A DNA stretch of 61,240 bases, the filler included, from Rhizaria sp. SCN 62-66 (lineage: Eukaryota), in NCBI GenBank assembly GCA_001724265.1. It is 4 parts of 4 records of this genome, joined end to end, with 100 filler letters (N's around TTAATTAATTAA, not from the genome) between each part and the next. Parts side by side here need not be neighbours in the genome. Positions count along the whole stretch, not along the records: positions 33,565 to 48,768 come from MEDY01000678.1; positions 48,869 to 61,240 come from MEDY01000679.1; 2 more parts are not named here. One strand, written 5' to 3'. Below, piece after piece: positions 45,609 to 57,283 of the stretch. The position numbers and the translations under genes are program-made. The notes under the pieces are model-generated. The model saw nothing but the letters and a program-made list of their open reading frames with translations. It made no database searches and was not told the origin of the DNA. How positions within the stretch are numbered: the stretch's first letter is position 1; each line of letters opens with the position of its first letter.

Positions 45609-48600
45609 CGGCCCCGCTGGTCTCGCTGCCGCTGCCGCTGCTGGAGGGCGCGGTTTGGCAGAGCCGAGCGAGCAGCTCCTTGCGCGGGGGCAGGATCGTC
45701 TTGAGCGAGTGCTCCAGCGCCGCCGCCTGCGCAGTGAAGGCCGCAGCCGTGGCCGCCAGCGCGCTCTGCGCCTGCCCCACCACCGCGCACACGCGCGCCA
45801 GCACGCGGTGCCGCACCGCTGCGGGGGAAAGACGAGAAAAAGAGAAAGAGAAGGAAACAGAAGAGAGTCGAGTGAGCAATGAATGCGTTAGATAAGATCA
45901 GACATACGACTTAAAGAAATGAGTTAAAATCAGTTTTACGAATCAAATCGAGTTGTTTTCGGTTTGTTTGCATTAAGATGTGCTTATGCACACCGCTTTT
46001 GCTTGTTGACGTACCGAAGTGGTGGTTGTTGAACTGCGGGTGCGGCTTAACATAGGGGTTGTGGAAGAGGGTCAGTTGTCGCATCGCCGCCGCGGCCGCG
46101 GCCGCGGGCGCAGCCGCCTCGGCCTCGAGCGCCTTGGCGCTCTTGCCCACCCCCGCCACAGAGCCCCCGCTGCTGCTGGCGCTGTCGTCAGACGCGGAGA
46201 CGGAGAGAGCGGTGGAGAGGGAGGTTTTGTCCTGCGAGGACCGGTCGTGTCCGAGGCGCTCGCCGAGCGCGTGCTGCGCAGCGTGGAAGGCGTGGCGACA
46301 CTCGACGCACACGAGGCGGCGCTTGGGCCCGTCGGGCAGCCGCTCGACGCCCTTGAGCGCGCAGCCGTGGCAGAGCGCATGCCCGCACGGCCACAGGATG
46401 TACGGCGACGGCAGCAGCGGGCCGAAGCAGCCCGGGCACCGCAGCTCGGCAGCCAGGTGCTGGTCCAGCGCGGCCACTGCGGCGATGCCGGCTTGGATTG
46501 ACCGCACGTGGCCCGAGAAGGCCGCGGTCTTGGCCGTCAGGTCTGCCCACAGCGTGTCGTGCGCCACAAGCGCCTGGGTGGGGGAGAGAAAACAATAATT
46601 GCGGATAGAAGTGGGGATATGAGCAAGAATTGTGGTGTTGTTTCATAAAACTAGTAGGACATATCAAAAGCAACATAAATACTTAACAATATCTTTAAAA
46701 CTTGACATTGCAAAGAAAAAGTATCTTTTAGAGTTCTGTTTAAGTCATCTCGGTCGTTGTTATTTCAAGTCAAGGCTTGCTAAGTCGCTTTGCTTTGTTT
46801 CACAAACATACCTGGATAACCTCTTGGCGGAAGTGGAGCAGCTGGCGCTGGCGGCGCGCCTGCGCGGCCTTGAGGTCGTCGCGCAGCGCGACGAGCGCGG
46901 TGCGCTTGCCGCCCAGCCGCGTCCCCAGCGAAACCAGGTCCGCCCGCGCGGCCGCCGCGCCCGCCATCGCCGCCGCCACCGCGGCCGCCGCCGCCTCGGC
47001 CTCGGCCGCCGCCTCCGCGCGCAGCGCCTGCAACATCAGCTCCGCCTTGGCCACCGTCGCTGCCGCACCTGCGCCCGCGACAGAAGCGACGCCTGCATTA
47101 GTTGTTGTGGAGGTCGCGCGCACGAGCTCGGCCGCCGCGGCCGCCGCGTCCACATCCACAGTACTGCTGCTGCCGCCGCTACTGTTGCTGCTCCCGCTCT
47201 TCTGCTGCGAGCGGAGCCCGGCGTTGACGAGCGCGAGCTCGCGCCGCGCGGCCGCGAGCTCGGCGTCAGCCGCGACGGCCTCCTCGCCCGCGCGCGCGGC
47301 GGCTTCAGCGCGCAGCCGCAGCCGCTCCCGCAGGAAGCGGACCAGCTCCCCCACCGGCAGCGCCCCGCCGCCGCCCCCGCCGCCAGCACCGGAGCCAGCG
47401 CCGCGCAGCAGCCGCGCCTCGACGCCGTCATGATCGTCGTCATCATCATCGCCGTCGTCGCCGTCGCCGTTGCCGTCGCGACCGTAGAGCCCAGCGAGCG
47501 CGGCGGCGTCTGCGGCGTCGTCCCCGGCCGCGGCGGCCGCCTCGGCGCTAGCCACGGCGGCGCCTGCGCGCGCCTGCTGCCGCAGCGCCTCGTTCTCGCC
47601 CCTGAGCCGCGCGGCCTCCTCCCGCGCTCGCGCGAGCTCGGACAGCGCCGCCACAGCCTCGGCCAGCTTCGCTGCATAGCCGGACACGGAGCCTTGCAGG
47701 CGCGCGGACTGCGAGGCGGCGCGCGCGCGGGCGGCGGCGCGCGCGGTGGCCGTGGCGGCGGCGACGCGGGCCTGGAAGGCGCGCAGCAGCCGCGCGCGCT
47801 GTGTCTGCAGCCGCGCGAGGAGCAGTGTGCGATGCTGCTGCTGCGTCATGACCGTGGGCACGCCGTCGCCGCTGCTGCTGCGCTCGCCCGCCATCAGCTG
47901 CTGCTGCTGCTGCTGCAGGGGCAAGGAGGCGGCGGGCAGCGGCACTGGGAGCCGCGGCACCACTTGCGGACCGGTCGTCTTGAGGGCGACCGCGTTTCTA
48001 GCGCTCTCGCTCGCGCTGGCGCTCGCAGCGGCAGCAGGGTCTGAGGCAAGGTTGAGGTGACTGAGCGAGGACTGGGAGCTCGAGTGCAGAGAGGAAGATC
48101 CCGCGGTCAGGAGGTAGCCGCCGCTGCTGTTGTTGTTCCGGCTGTGCGTACCAGTAGCTGAGGGCGGATGTTCTGCCCAGACGAGGATGCCCCCGCCAAC
48201 GCCGCCAACACTGCCGCCGCCGCCGCCGCCGCCAGGGACGCCGCCGGCGGCGTAGGCGGGCGCGAGCGCCGGCGGCACTGCGGGGGCGGGCGCCGGCGAG
48301 GGGCCCGCAGTCACCGTCGCGCGCGCCCCCACCACAACGCCAGTCGCGACGGCGTCTGCGGTACGGTCAGCGCTGTCGCCGGCGTCGGTGGGCGCGGCGT
48401 AGGCCTGCTGCTGCTGCTGCTGCTTGAGGTGCTGCAGGTGCTGCTGCGAGAGGCCCGAGCGGGTGCCGGTGCGAGAGAACGAGAAGGCTGGGGCCGCGCG
48501 CAGAGTCGCCCGCGCCGCCGCCGCCAGCGCTGAGCCGTCGCCGCCGCCACCGGCGCTCGCAGCCGCGCCCGCGCTGTTGCCGCGCAAGCTCTGCTGCTGC

Positions 48601-48768
48601 TGCTGCTGCGGGAGCGTGAGCCCCGTGCCGACGAGGGACGCGCCCGCGACGCCCGGGCCAGTGGGCGTGGCCGCGGCGCCGGCGCGGTAATGGCGCGGCA
48701 GCAGCACGGGGAGCACGCTGCGCCGCGCCAGCGCCGCGGCCGCGCGCGGCGGGCGCACGGCGGCGGCC
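44083..48768 (-). CDS. Coiled-coil plus C3HC4 RING protein, putative E3 ligase (exons <48768-46812, 46573-46015, 45818-44083; 5' truncated)
   Basis: RING motif CPGC...PCGHALCHGC...CVECR follows heptad-like segments. Introns 46811-46574 (GTATGT...CAG) and 46014-45819 (GTACGT...CAG) join three ORFs in frame. Ends TAA. Confidence 0.75.
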
Positions 48769-48868
48769 NNNNNNNNNNNNNNNNNNNNNNNNNNNNNNNN
48801 NNNNNNNNNNNNTTAATTAATTAANNNNNNNNNNNNNNNNNNNNNNNNNNNNNNNNNNNNNNNNNNNN
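48769..48868. other. Artificial contig linker N44-TTAATTAATTAA-N44
   Basis: Same 100-nt linker. Confidence 0.97.
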
Positions 48869-51241
48869 ACCGCCCAAGCCGCCGCCCCGCTTGCGACAGT
48901 GTTGTCGCAGCTCAAGCTGTACACTGCGCAGTCAATGAGTGCTGAAGAGAAGAGGCTCGCAAAGGCATGCAGCGACCTCGAACGCATCAGCAAATCTGTC
49001 GCTGCGCCCGACGTCACGGCGTTGGCCGCACTCGTTGCAGCAAGCCCTGGCTGGCCCGCGAGCGTGGGCCCGGAGCTCGAAATCAGTAACGTCAAGTATG
49101 CAGCCGCGCGCAAAGCTTTTGAAGCCGCACTCGCTGATGCCGCTACGACCACGACTCCACGCGAAGTTGTTTTTGAGGCTGATGTTCCTGCTTCTGCGCT
49201 CGCCACCGACTTCGCCTTGGGCACAGCTGAGCTGTGCGGTGTGCGCTTTAGTTTCAGTGCGCGCCGTGGCTGCAACTGCGCGTCCAAGCCTTTGTCTAGC
49301 AGCTTAGGTGTGCGCGTCAGTGGCGCCGGTGTGGAGGACGTGAACGCGCACTGCGCATGTGGGCTTGAGTGCAAGGTGAAGGCAGAGCCAGTGTGGAAGG
49401 CCCTGGCCGCGCTTTACAAAGCATGTGGTGCACGCGCGCTCGCTGTTGATAAGCTTGTCTCCACCAACAACGACGATAGCGACGACGATGAAGACTGCCA
49501 CATCAACGGCGCTGTAGGCACTCCATCTATTGATAATTCTGCAATCAAAGCTGTGAATCCGGCTGCCACTGCTGACGTGCTTGTTGCTGCTCCTCCTCTT
49601 ACAACGGTTGCAAGCACATTTGGCTGCGTGAACGTCTCCGTTACTGCTGGCGTGAAGTCGGAAAGTAGCAACCAAGGCCAGACTCGCGGATCCGGTCAGG
49701 TGTGGTTGACAGGAGGCAATCATGATGTGGGCGAGGATGCAAACGAAAGCAAGTCTCATGTGGAGTCCGACATCAACGCTAAGAACGCAGCGTCTGCTGT
49801 TGAATCGGGAAACGGACGCACAGCCGTCATCACGGTAGGCCTTCCGTCAGCACTAAACGTTGCGCTGTCTCAACACAATGCAAGTAACACCCAAACAAGC
49901 AACAACACCACTGTGTTGCGTGTGCGCTGCAGTGTGTCGTTTCCTGACGTTGTGCAGCAGGCGCGCGCATTGCAGCTGTGCGTGGACGCTGTGGCAACCG
50001 ATATCGTTGCACAAGCCGATGCCAACCAGCAACGTGTGCTTGCGCTGGAGGCAGAGAAAAAGGTTTGGCAGGTTTCCAAGGCCGATTATGAGAAAAAGAT
50101 TCTCATGCTAGAGTGTCACCAGGAGAAGTGCAAGGTCGATTATGAAAAGAGGGTTCGTTTGCTCGAGTCTGACAAGGAGGCGTTGCAGAACAGGCGAAAC
50201 GCGTTGGAGACTGAAAAGCGGAGTTGGCAGAAGTGCAAGATGGATTATAATTCCAGGATTCGTTCGCTAGAGACTGACAAGGAGGCTCCGGAAACTAAAC
50301 TAACGCCGCACTGGCAGCGAGTTGCTGATGATGAAGCATATGAAAAGACTAAAGCAGAAGAGGAAGCTAAGGCAAAGGCAGAGGAAGTGGAGGCTCGACG
50401 TCGAGATGCGCCGTGGGTTACTTTACTGAAGTCTTCTGCGTGGGAGGCCGAGTTCAACACGCACATCGCGCATACTCTTAGTGTCGCTGGTATTTGGGGT
50501 TTTCGGCCCCCTAAGCGCAAACTTCGCGCGCCATCGTCAGCGGTACTTGGTGCTCTGCAAAAAAAGGCGCGTGATCGCATGTTGTCTTACTCAGCATTAA
50601 CTCTAAAGACCGCATATCATTCGGATTTTTTAATGAAGGCACAATTTCGTGACCCTCAGACGCAAGAGTTTGTGGATTACTGTGTGGTAATCCGGCTTGA
50701 TGATGCAAAGTTTCCCGCCACCGCCGCTTATGTTCGCTTTGCTGTGAGTAAGTGGAACTTCTCCTACTTAGTGCACCATTGTTTTGTGCCACCTGGCCAT
50801 AGTACAGCAGCAATGCCTTTTTTCACGCTCTGCCGCGACGATGTCAACGTGTTATGTAAAGATGAGTATTTAATGGTGCTGCCGGACGCTGATATCGTCT
50901 ACGGGGAGTATACAGCACCTGGTGCTGACGCAGGCCTGATCTATCCAGTCGGCTCAGTGCTCGTTTATCCGCACTGTGTGGTACCTTCTCCATCTTTCTA
51001 TGGTGACACACCTATATTCATCGTTGTTTAGCCCTGCGCAGCAAGTCTCCTGCGCGGTGCAGTGCCAGTCGGTCGCGTGATGTCATGCGTGCAGGGGACA
51101 ACAGCGACGAAAGCAGACAACAGTAGCATGCCTTTCGATGATGCTGTGATGCGCCGGTTTACGCATCATTGCAAGAGTGGGGAGTGTGATAGGGATGCGA
51201 GCACGTACTCCTATTGCGTCTTTAATAAATTTATGGAATGA
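48869..51241 (+). CDS. Coiled-coil protein with divergent C-terminal cyclophilin-like domain; in-frame TAG at 51029-51031 (5' truncated)
   Basis: Long ORF with repeats (K.DYEK.I..LE). VVIRLDDAKFPATA, YPVGSVLV and DTPIFIVV*PCAASLLRGAVPVGRVM parallel cyclophilin IVIEL...PKTA, PG.LSM and SQFFI...LDG...FGRV. The frame stays open for 69 codons after TAG, to TGA 51239-51241. Confidence 0.55.
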
Positions 51242-52129
51242 GTCGAATGATCTATTGTGAAGTGTTTCGACGTGATTTAGTCAATAAAGTGTTGGATAAG
51301 CATTTGCATAAACATGACAATCTTGGAACGATCACGAGCTCACTCGTTTATTCATGGTAGATGGAGGTCGCGCTCTATCACTGCGTCATACGCAGCGCCG
51401 AGCCAGTCGTCACATTTGCAGGTGTTCTTCTCGCAACCGCCGTTGACGTTAACGCTACTTTCGGAAGCAGTACCAATGTTGTTGCAATCGTTGTCGCTGG
51501 TGTAGTTGTCATCATGAGTCACCGTAGGATCAATGATGGCCGGCGCGATGTCCGATACGACGGGTGCAGTCAATGAAGGCTGCGGACTGCGAGGCGCGTG
51601 TTGTCGCACTGGTTGCGAGTTGTCGCACTGGTTGCGAGACTTGTGGGTGAAATTGCTGCTGAATTTGTGGCTGTGGCGCGGCACGTAACAACGGCAGCTG
51701 ACGAAGGTCTCGTCTTCCAAAGGGTTGCGGTTGCAGCACGTTCTCATGTGATATCGCGGGGCGTTGTAGACGTCACAAACGTGAAGCTGCGCCCGACGTA
51801 AGAACCGAGATTGACACATTCTTGCATGCCTGCAGTGGCACTTGTGATTGCCGACCGCTGTGAGCGTCTCGACCTGTATGAGTTGAAACTCGGTGAGACG
51901 AGACTGGGTGAGACAAGAGCCGTAACAGCATGTGTGGTCGACATGGAAAAGGCACAAAAGGCTCTGAGCATGGTAAGAGCTTGACGAGAGGGAGCTGTTA
52001 TGAGCTATCGGTCACAGGTTAGGGGTATTTATTCGGGTACATGGGTGAAGAGAATTATAATTAAATCATTCTGAACACGCAATTTTGATGTGCCGTTTGA
52101 CACACGAGTGAAACGATTCGTTTCTTGTT

Positions 52130-55100
52130 TTAGAATGGCTGGTGCACGCGCAGTCCGGAGCCAGCAAGTTTCTTCAGCTCCTCAAGCATCTCGTCAGCAC
52201 TCATGCCGCGCTCAACGCCCACTGCAGCCGCTGCGACCTCGCTCTCAGTCGCCACCGGCCCACTGACACCGGCAGTTGCGGCAGTTGCGGCGGCGGCACC
52301 TGGCGTCATCACCGCGATCGCGCCATCATCATCATTTGCCACAGTGTCGGTTGTTGCGCGAGTACCACTGGAGTTACTAGCCGCAAGCAGCGCGGCGCGC
52401 GCCTAGGCGTTGTTGCAGCGGACAGGCCCGTGTGAAAAGAGCCCACTGGGGTCGTCCTCCGCACTCCACGCCGCCGAGTCGCCAACCCCGGGCCCGCGCG
52501 GGCGCCGCGGCGGCAGCGGCACGGGCGGTCCCCCGCCGCTGACGCTGCCCATGCGCAGCTGTTCGAGTCCCGACTCCGGATCTGCCTCGGTCCACGCGCG
52601 CAGCCCCATGGTTTCGAGTGCTTCGTTGCGCGCCACGCCCTGCAGCGACAGCGCGGCGACACGCTGCTGGTTGCCCCAGTGCTCCAGCGTGAGGTTGCGC
52701 ACGGCGAGCACGGCCCACTCTCGGAGGAACGGGTTGTGCGCGCGCACGAGGCCGGCCGCGGAGGTCTCGCCCGCACCAGCCGCGGCGGTGCAGTCGAGAA
52801 CGCGCTCCGTGGCGCCCACAGCGCCGAGGGCAGTCTGAGCGCCGCCGCGGGCGTCCAAGTGTGCGGCGTTGCCCAGCAAGCGTACGCAGTCGACCTAAGA
52901 CATATTAAGGGGTTAAGGGAGATAACAAATTTCATACAAATTGGTTAGCGTTAATAGATATAAAGAGCTTTTAAAAAGAATGCACGAATGATGAGATACT
53001 TAAACTAAACGTCGCAAATTTCGGTGTACAGACACATACCTGGAATGAGAAGGGACTGCGGTACTTGCCGGGCCGCTTCTTACTGGCGGCCGGTTCCGTC
53101 GTCGCATCAGCGCTAGCGCCTTCATCCTTCTCTTCCCCGTCATCGCTCACCGCCGAACTGTTGCCATCGTTGCTGGTGCTCATGTTCTTACCGGCCGCAA
53201 TCGCGCGGGCTTCGTCCTTGAGCTCGGCCAGTCCGTCGCCGGCGCCTGCGGGGAGCTCGTCACACGCGGCAGCGGCAGTGAGCAGTTGCACTGCGACAAG
53301 CAGCGGGGATACGAGCAAATCACACCGTAGCGCACCGATTGAGTCACTGCTCGATTGCGACTGTGACTCTGACTGTGAGTCCGCTGACCGAGACTAAGAC
53401 TGTGGTAGGGTCTGTAACTGTGACTGGGGCTGAGGCGCGGGCACAGCGCACCGTGCGGCGGCGGCAACGAGTGCAAGCGTGGGGCCGTGTGTCCGCAGGA
53501 CACGGGCAGCCGGACCCTCACTCTCAGCCACTCTCTCAGTGTTACCCGCAGTCGCACTTGCACTCGCGATCCCCGTCTCGGCGGCGGTCGGACTTGCGGT
53601 CTGATCGAGGGCGAGTCTGACTGGCAGCGGGCCGGGCGCCGGGTACAGCGCACGGTCCAGCGCGTGCAGCGACGGCGCCAGCGCGGCCAGCGCGGCGTCG
53701 GCGCGCGCGCTCGCGGAGGCCCACGCGCGCGCGGAGGCCGAGGCGGGGAGCGGTTGCGGCAGCGGCGAGGGCAGCGGCGGCGGGGCGCGGCCTGTGGAGT
53801 CAGCAAGCAGCAGCGAAGGGCGGAACACTGAGCCCCATCCGTTGCGCACATCAGCGTACACCACCATCTCACTCTCACTGTTTTTATCGCTCGAATTGCG
53901 ATTGCTATCGCTAGTGCTGATGCTGTCGGTGGGGCTTTGGGCGTCGTTGGTGGCAATCAGCCCTTCCGCCTCTGCCTCGGCATCGTCCGCAAGCAGCGCA
54001 GCGAGCCCCGACAGCGCGTGCACGGCAGGATGCGCCCAGTGCAATAACCCTGCAGACGACACAAGCGCCGGGGTCAAACCAGTCGCGGCCGCGGTCACCG
54101 CAGCGGTCGCAAGCACTGACCGCGCGACAGGCGCAGTCTTCGCGGCAGCGGCAGTCGCATTCGTCGCAGAGGCAGCGGCACTGCCAGCACTCGCGGCATT
54201 GGTGGCGGGCGGCGGGGCAAGCAAGTCAAGCGGCGACATGCGCAGCGGGGCGTCGAGCCAGCCAGCCACCGCCGGCGCCTCAAATCCGCTGCTCAAGGCC
54301 ACAGTACAGCCGCTACCAGGGCTGTTGTGAGTGGTGTGAGCGCTCTGTTGGGGGCGGCGTGAGTCGCAAAGTGCGTGCGCGCGCGTGGCGGCAGCAACGC
54401 GGCCCACGAGGTCCATCGCCGCGCCAGTCGCCGCGGCCAGCGAGCGCACCTCCGGCCGCAGCCGCGCCGCCGCGCCGCCGTCGGTCAGCGGCAGCCATAG
54501 AGATCCGGGGGCGCCGGGCCGCGCGCCCGCAGCAGACGCGGCGCCAGCCGCGGCGGCCAGGTCGCCCGCAGCGGTGTCGATGGCGGCGAAGAGACGCGCA
54601 GAGGCGACCGTAAGCGCGGCCACCGACCGCAAGCGTAGTTGCCGCAGCCGGCGGAGGCACCGCACGAGCCCGCCAGGAACAGGCGCAGCGGCGGCGGTCA
54701 GCGCGGCGGCGGCAGCAGCGCGCGCGGCGTCAGCGTCCGTCGCCTCCAGTGCGGCCGCGGCGGCGACGGCAGTGGCAACGGCGCGCGCGGCATTGGGCGC
54801 CCTGGCAAAGGCCTTCTTGGCGGCGGCTTCCGTAGCGACGGCAACGTCCGCGGCATCGGCGAGCATCGCGGCGGCGGCACGCGGGACCAAGAGCGGGTCC
54901 GCGGCGAGCGCAACGCTTTCAAGCAGCGCGCCGCGCCAGACCGACAGCGGGCGCGCGCAGGCACCGCGGGTGAAGGGCGCCTCGCCGGGGTCAGCGGTCG
55001 GAGTCGCGGTCGCGCTCGCCGACACCAGCGCCGCAGTCGCATTCGGCAGCGCACCGGCGACACCGCTCGTACTGCTGCAGGCGGTTTCCTGTGCGTGGGC

Positions 55101-56948
55101 GCCGGAGCGCGTGTGCGGGGCGGGCGCAGGCGGCAGCGGCGCGGCGTGCGGCGCCGCGAGCGCGAATAAACCACGCTTGATCCCATTTGCACTCAAAGTT
55201 GCAGCCGCAGTAGAGAGAGGCGCAGTCGAGAGAGGCGTGGGGGCGGGCAGGGCGGCGTCAGGCTCTGTGGTAGAGCGCGCAGGCGGCTGGTACCACCCGG
55301 GGCGGCGGCCCGCGGTGGCGGGCATGTCTGCGTCAAACGCAGGCTCACCGTCATCATCTGCAGCGACAACATCGTCTTGCTCCGGCACATCGTTGTCATC
55401 AATCGCATCGTCATCGGCGTCTTTGTCGTTCGCGTCGCAGTGTTCGGGGTGAGCCAGGAAGATGTCGTGTGCGGTCAAAAGCTCTTGCGCGGCCTCCTCT
55501 GCGGCGTCGTCGTCATCGTGGTCCCATTCGCCGTCGCTGTCAGCGGCGTCGTTGTAATCATCAGCCTCATCGGTGCTATCAGCCTCGTTGTCAGCGGCGA
55601 TCTCGGCGTCCCACAGTGCGCCCCACGCCGGCGAGTCCTCAGCTAAAGCCAACGCAGCGCTTAAACTCCTCGCATCATTCTCATGCTCACGGTCACAGCC
55701 ACTTGACCTTTGCTCACAGTCGCTTGCGGAGCGGGGCGCACGGGCCGTGGTGTCGCTGTTGCGGCGCTCACGGGGCACCCAGCGCGCGGCGCGCGTCGCG
55801 ATCGCAGGCGCCGCGGCGGCAAGCTGGGGCAGCGTCGGTCCGAGCAGCAGCGGCAGCAGCGGCGCCCAGAGGGCAGACTGCGACAGCGCAAGCGCACGGA
55901 CGCGGCTCACCACGGCACCGTTGTTGCCGTCACTGGTATTACTATTGGCAGTGGGATTGGCGTTTAGTGCAGCGACAGACCACGAGAAAAGCGCGCCGTC
56001 GTCGTCATTATTAGCGATGTGGTCTTCTGCGTGTGCATGTGCATTCTTATTGTTGTTGTTGTTGCCAATGTTGACTGTGAGCAACAGGGAAGAATGAAGC
56101 AGCCCCCAAAAGGCGTCAGCAGTCTCGGCATCAGCGTGGGTAGCAACGCAGCGCCACACACGCGCACGCCACGCCTCTTTATCCACACAGTCGCTCCTTG
56201 CGCCTTCACTGTTGTTGCGTGCGTTAGAGTTACTGCAGTTGCTGTTGCTGCTGGTGCTGATGATAGAGGCAAAAAACAGAGGGAAGAGTTGGGCGCGCGC
56301 GCTCGCAGGGGCGAGGCCCGGGCCGGCGCAGGCGTTGGCTGCAGTGCGCATCAGAGCGCGCGCAAGACGGGCGAACGGCCCCGCAGCAGTCACAACAGGA
56401 CGACCGTGACGGCGACGAGTGTTTGCGGTGGACGTCAGAGGTGCAGACCGCTCAGTGCGAGAGAGTGCGTCAGGCACGTTGTCGCCGTACAACGCGCAAA
56501 GAAGACGCAGCAGCACGTCCACGACGCTGCGCTGCGCGGCACCGGAGACGGGGAAGGGGCGGGTGAGTGCGGTGGCGACAGAGGCTTGTGCGCCGGCAAA
56601 CGCGCCAGCGGCCGCTGCGGCACACGGGAGCGCCCACATGCGGGCCAGGCGCGAAGCGGTCATCACCGTGGCTGTTGCGGCGGCGGCGACGGCGGCCTCA
56701 GAATTAGCGCCTGCGTCCGCGTCGGCGTCGGCATCGGCACAGTCGGCTGCGACGGCGCGGTAGGGCGTGTAGGCTGCGAGGGGCAGCGCCACGGTGTGTT
56801 CGGCAAGGGCGAGGCAAGCACTCGCAATAGAAGACGTGAGCTCAGGCGTAGGCTCCGCGGGGAGAGCACCGCGCTTGACTTGATCGACGAAGGCGGCGAG
56901 CGGCGCGAGCGCGGACTCGAGTGCCGCCACGGCCTCTGAGTCAGACAT
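52130..56948 (-). CDS. Ataxin-10/Ctr86-domain protein, about 1557 aa, with two in-frame TAGs (exons 56948-53040, 52894-52130)
   Basis: FQVDCVRLLGNAAH...VLDCT...HNPFLREWAVLAVRNLTLEHWGNQQRVAAL is the ataxin-10 C-terminal domain. Intron 53039-52895 (GTATGT...GCTAAC...TAG). ORFs 53394-56948, 52971-53318, 52403-52879 and 52130-52342 join into one frame if TAG 53394-53396 and TAG 52403-52405 are sense. Ends TAA. Confidence 0.8.
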
Positions 56949-57283
56949 CGCGAAGCGAGGGATTTGAAGAGGCGAGAAAACGACCTTCTGATCGACAACA
57001 TTAGGTTATATAAAGGTATATGAGTTTTTTCAAAGTGTTTCATAAGATTCTTAAATTATATTTCTTGAATCAGTCTGTGTGTGTCAATATTTATATTTTC
57101 ATTTCGTCTAACCTCAACCCACTTTTCCCGCTCCACCACAATCGCTCCGCCAACCACATTCTTTAATTTGCGCACTCGACTCTCTGCTGCCATTGCCACC
57201 ACACATTGATTCATGCACCACCCCATCTTGGCCACCTGCTGGCATTTGTGCGTACCCGTCGTCGCTTTCTGTGTCTCAGCAGG

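Noticed and set aside
51352-51971. 201-aa minus-strand ORF and 19-bp tandem duplication at 51601-51638
   Set aside because: No recognisable domain and atypical codon usage; it cannot be called.
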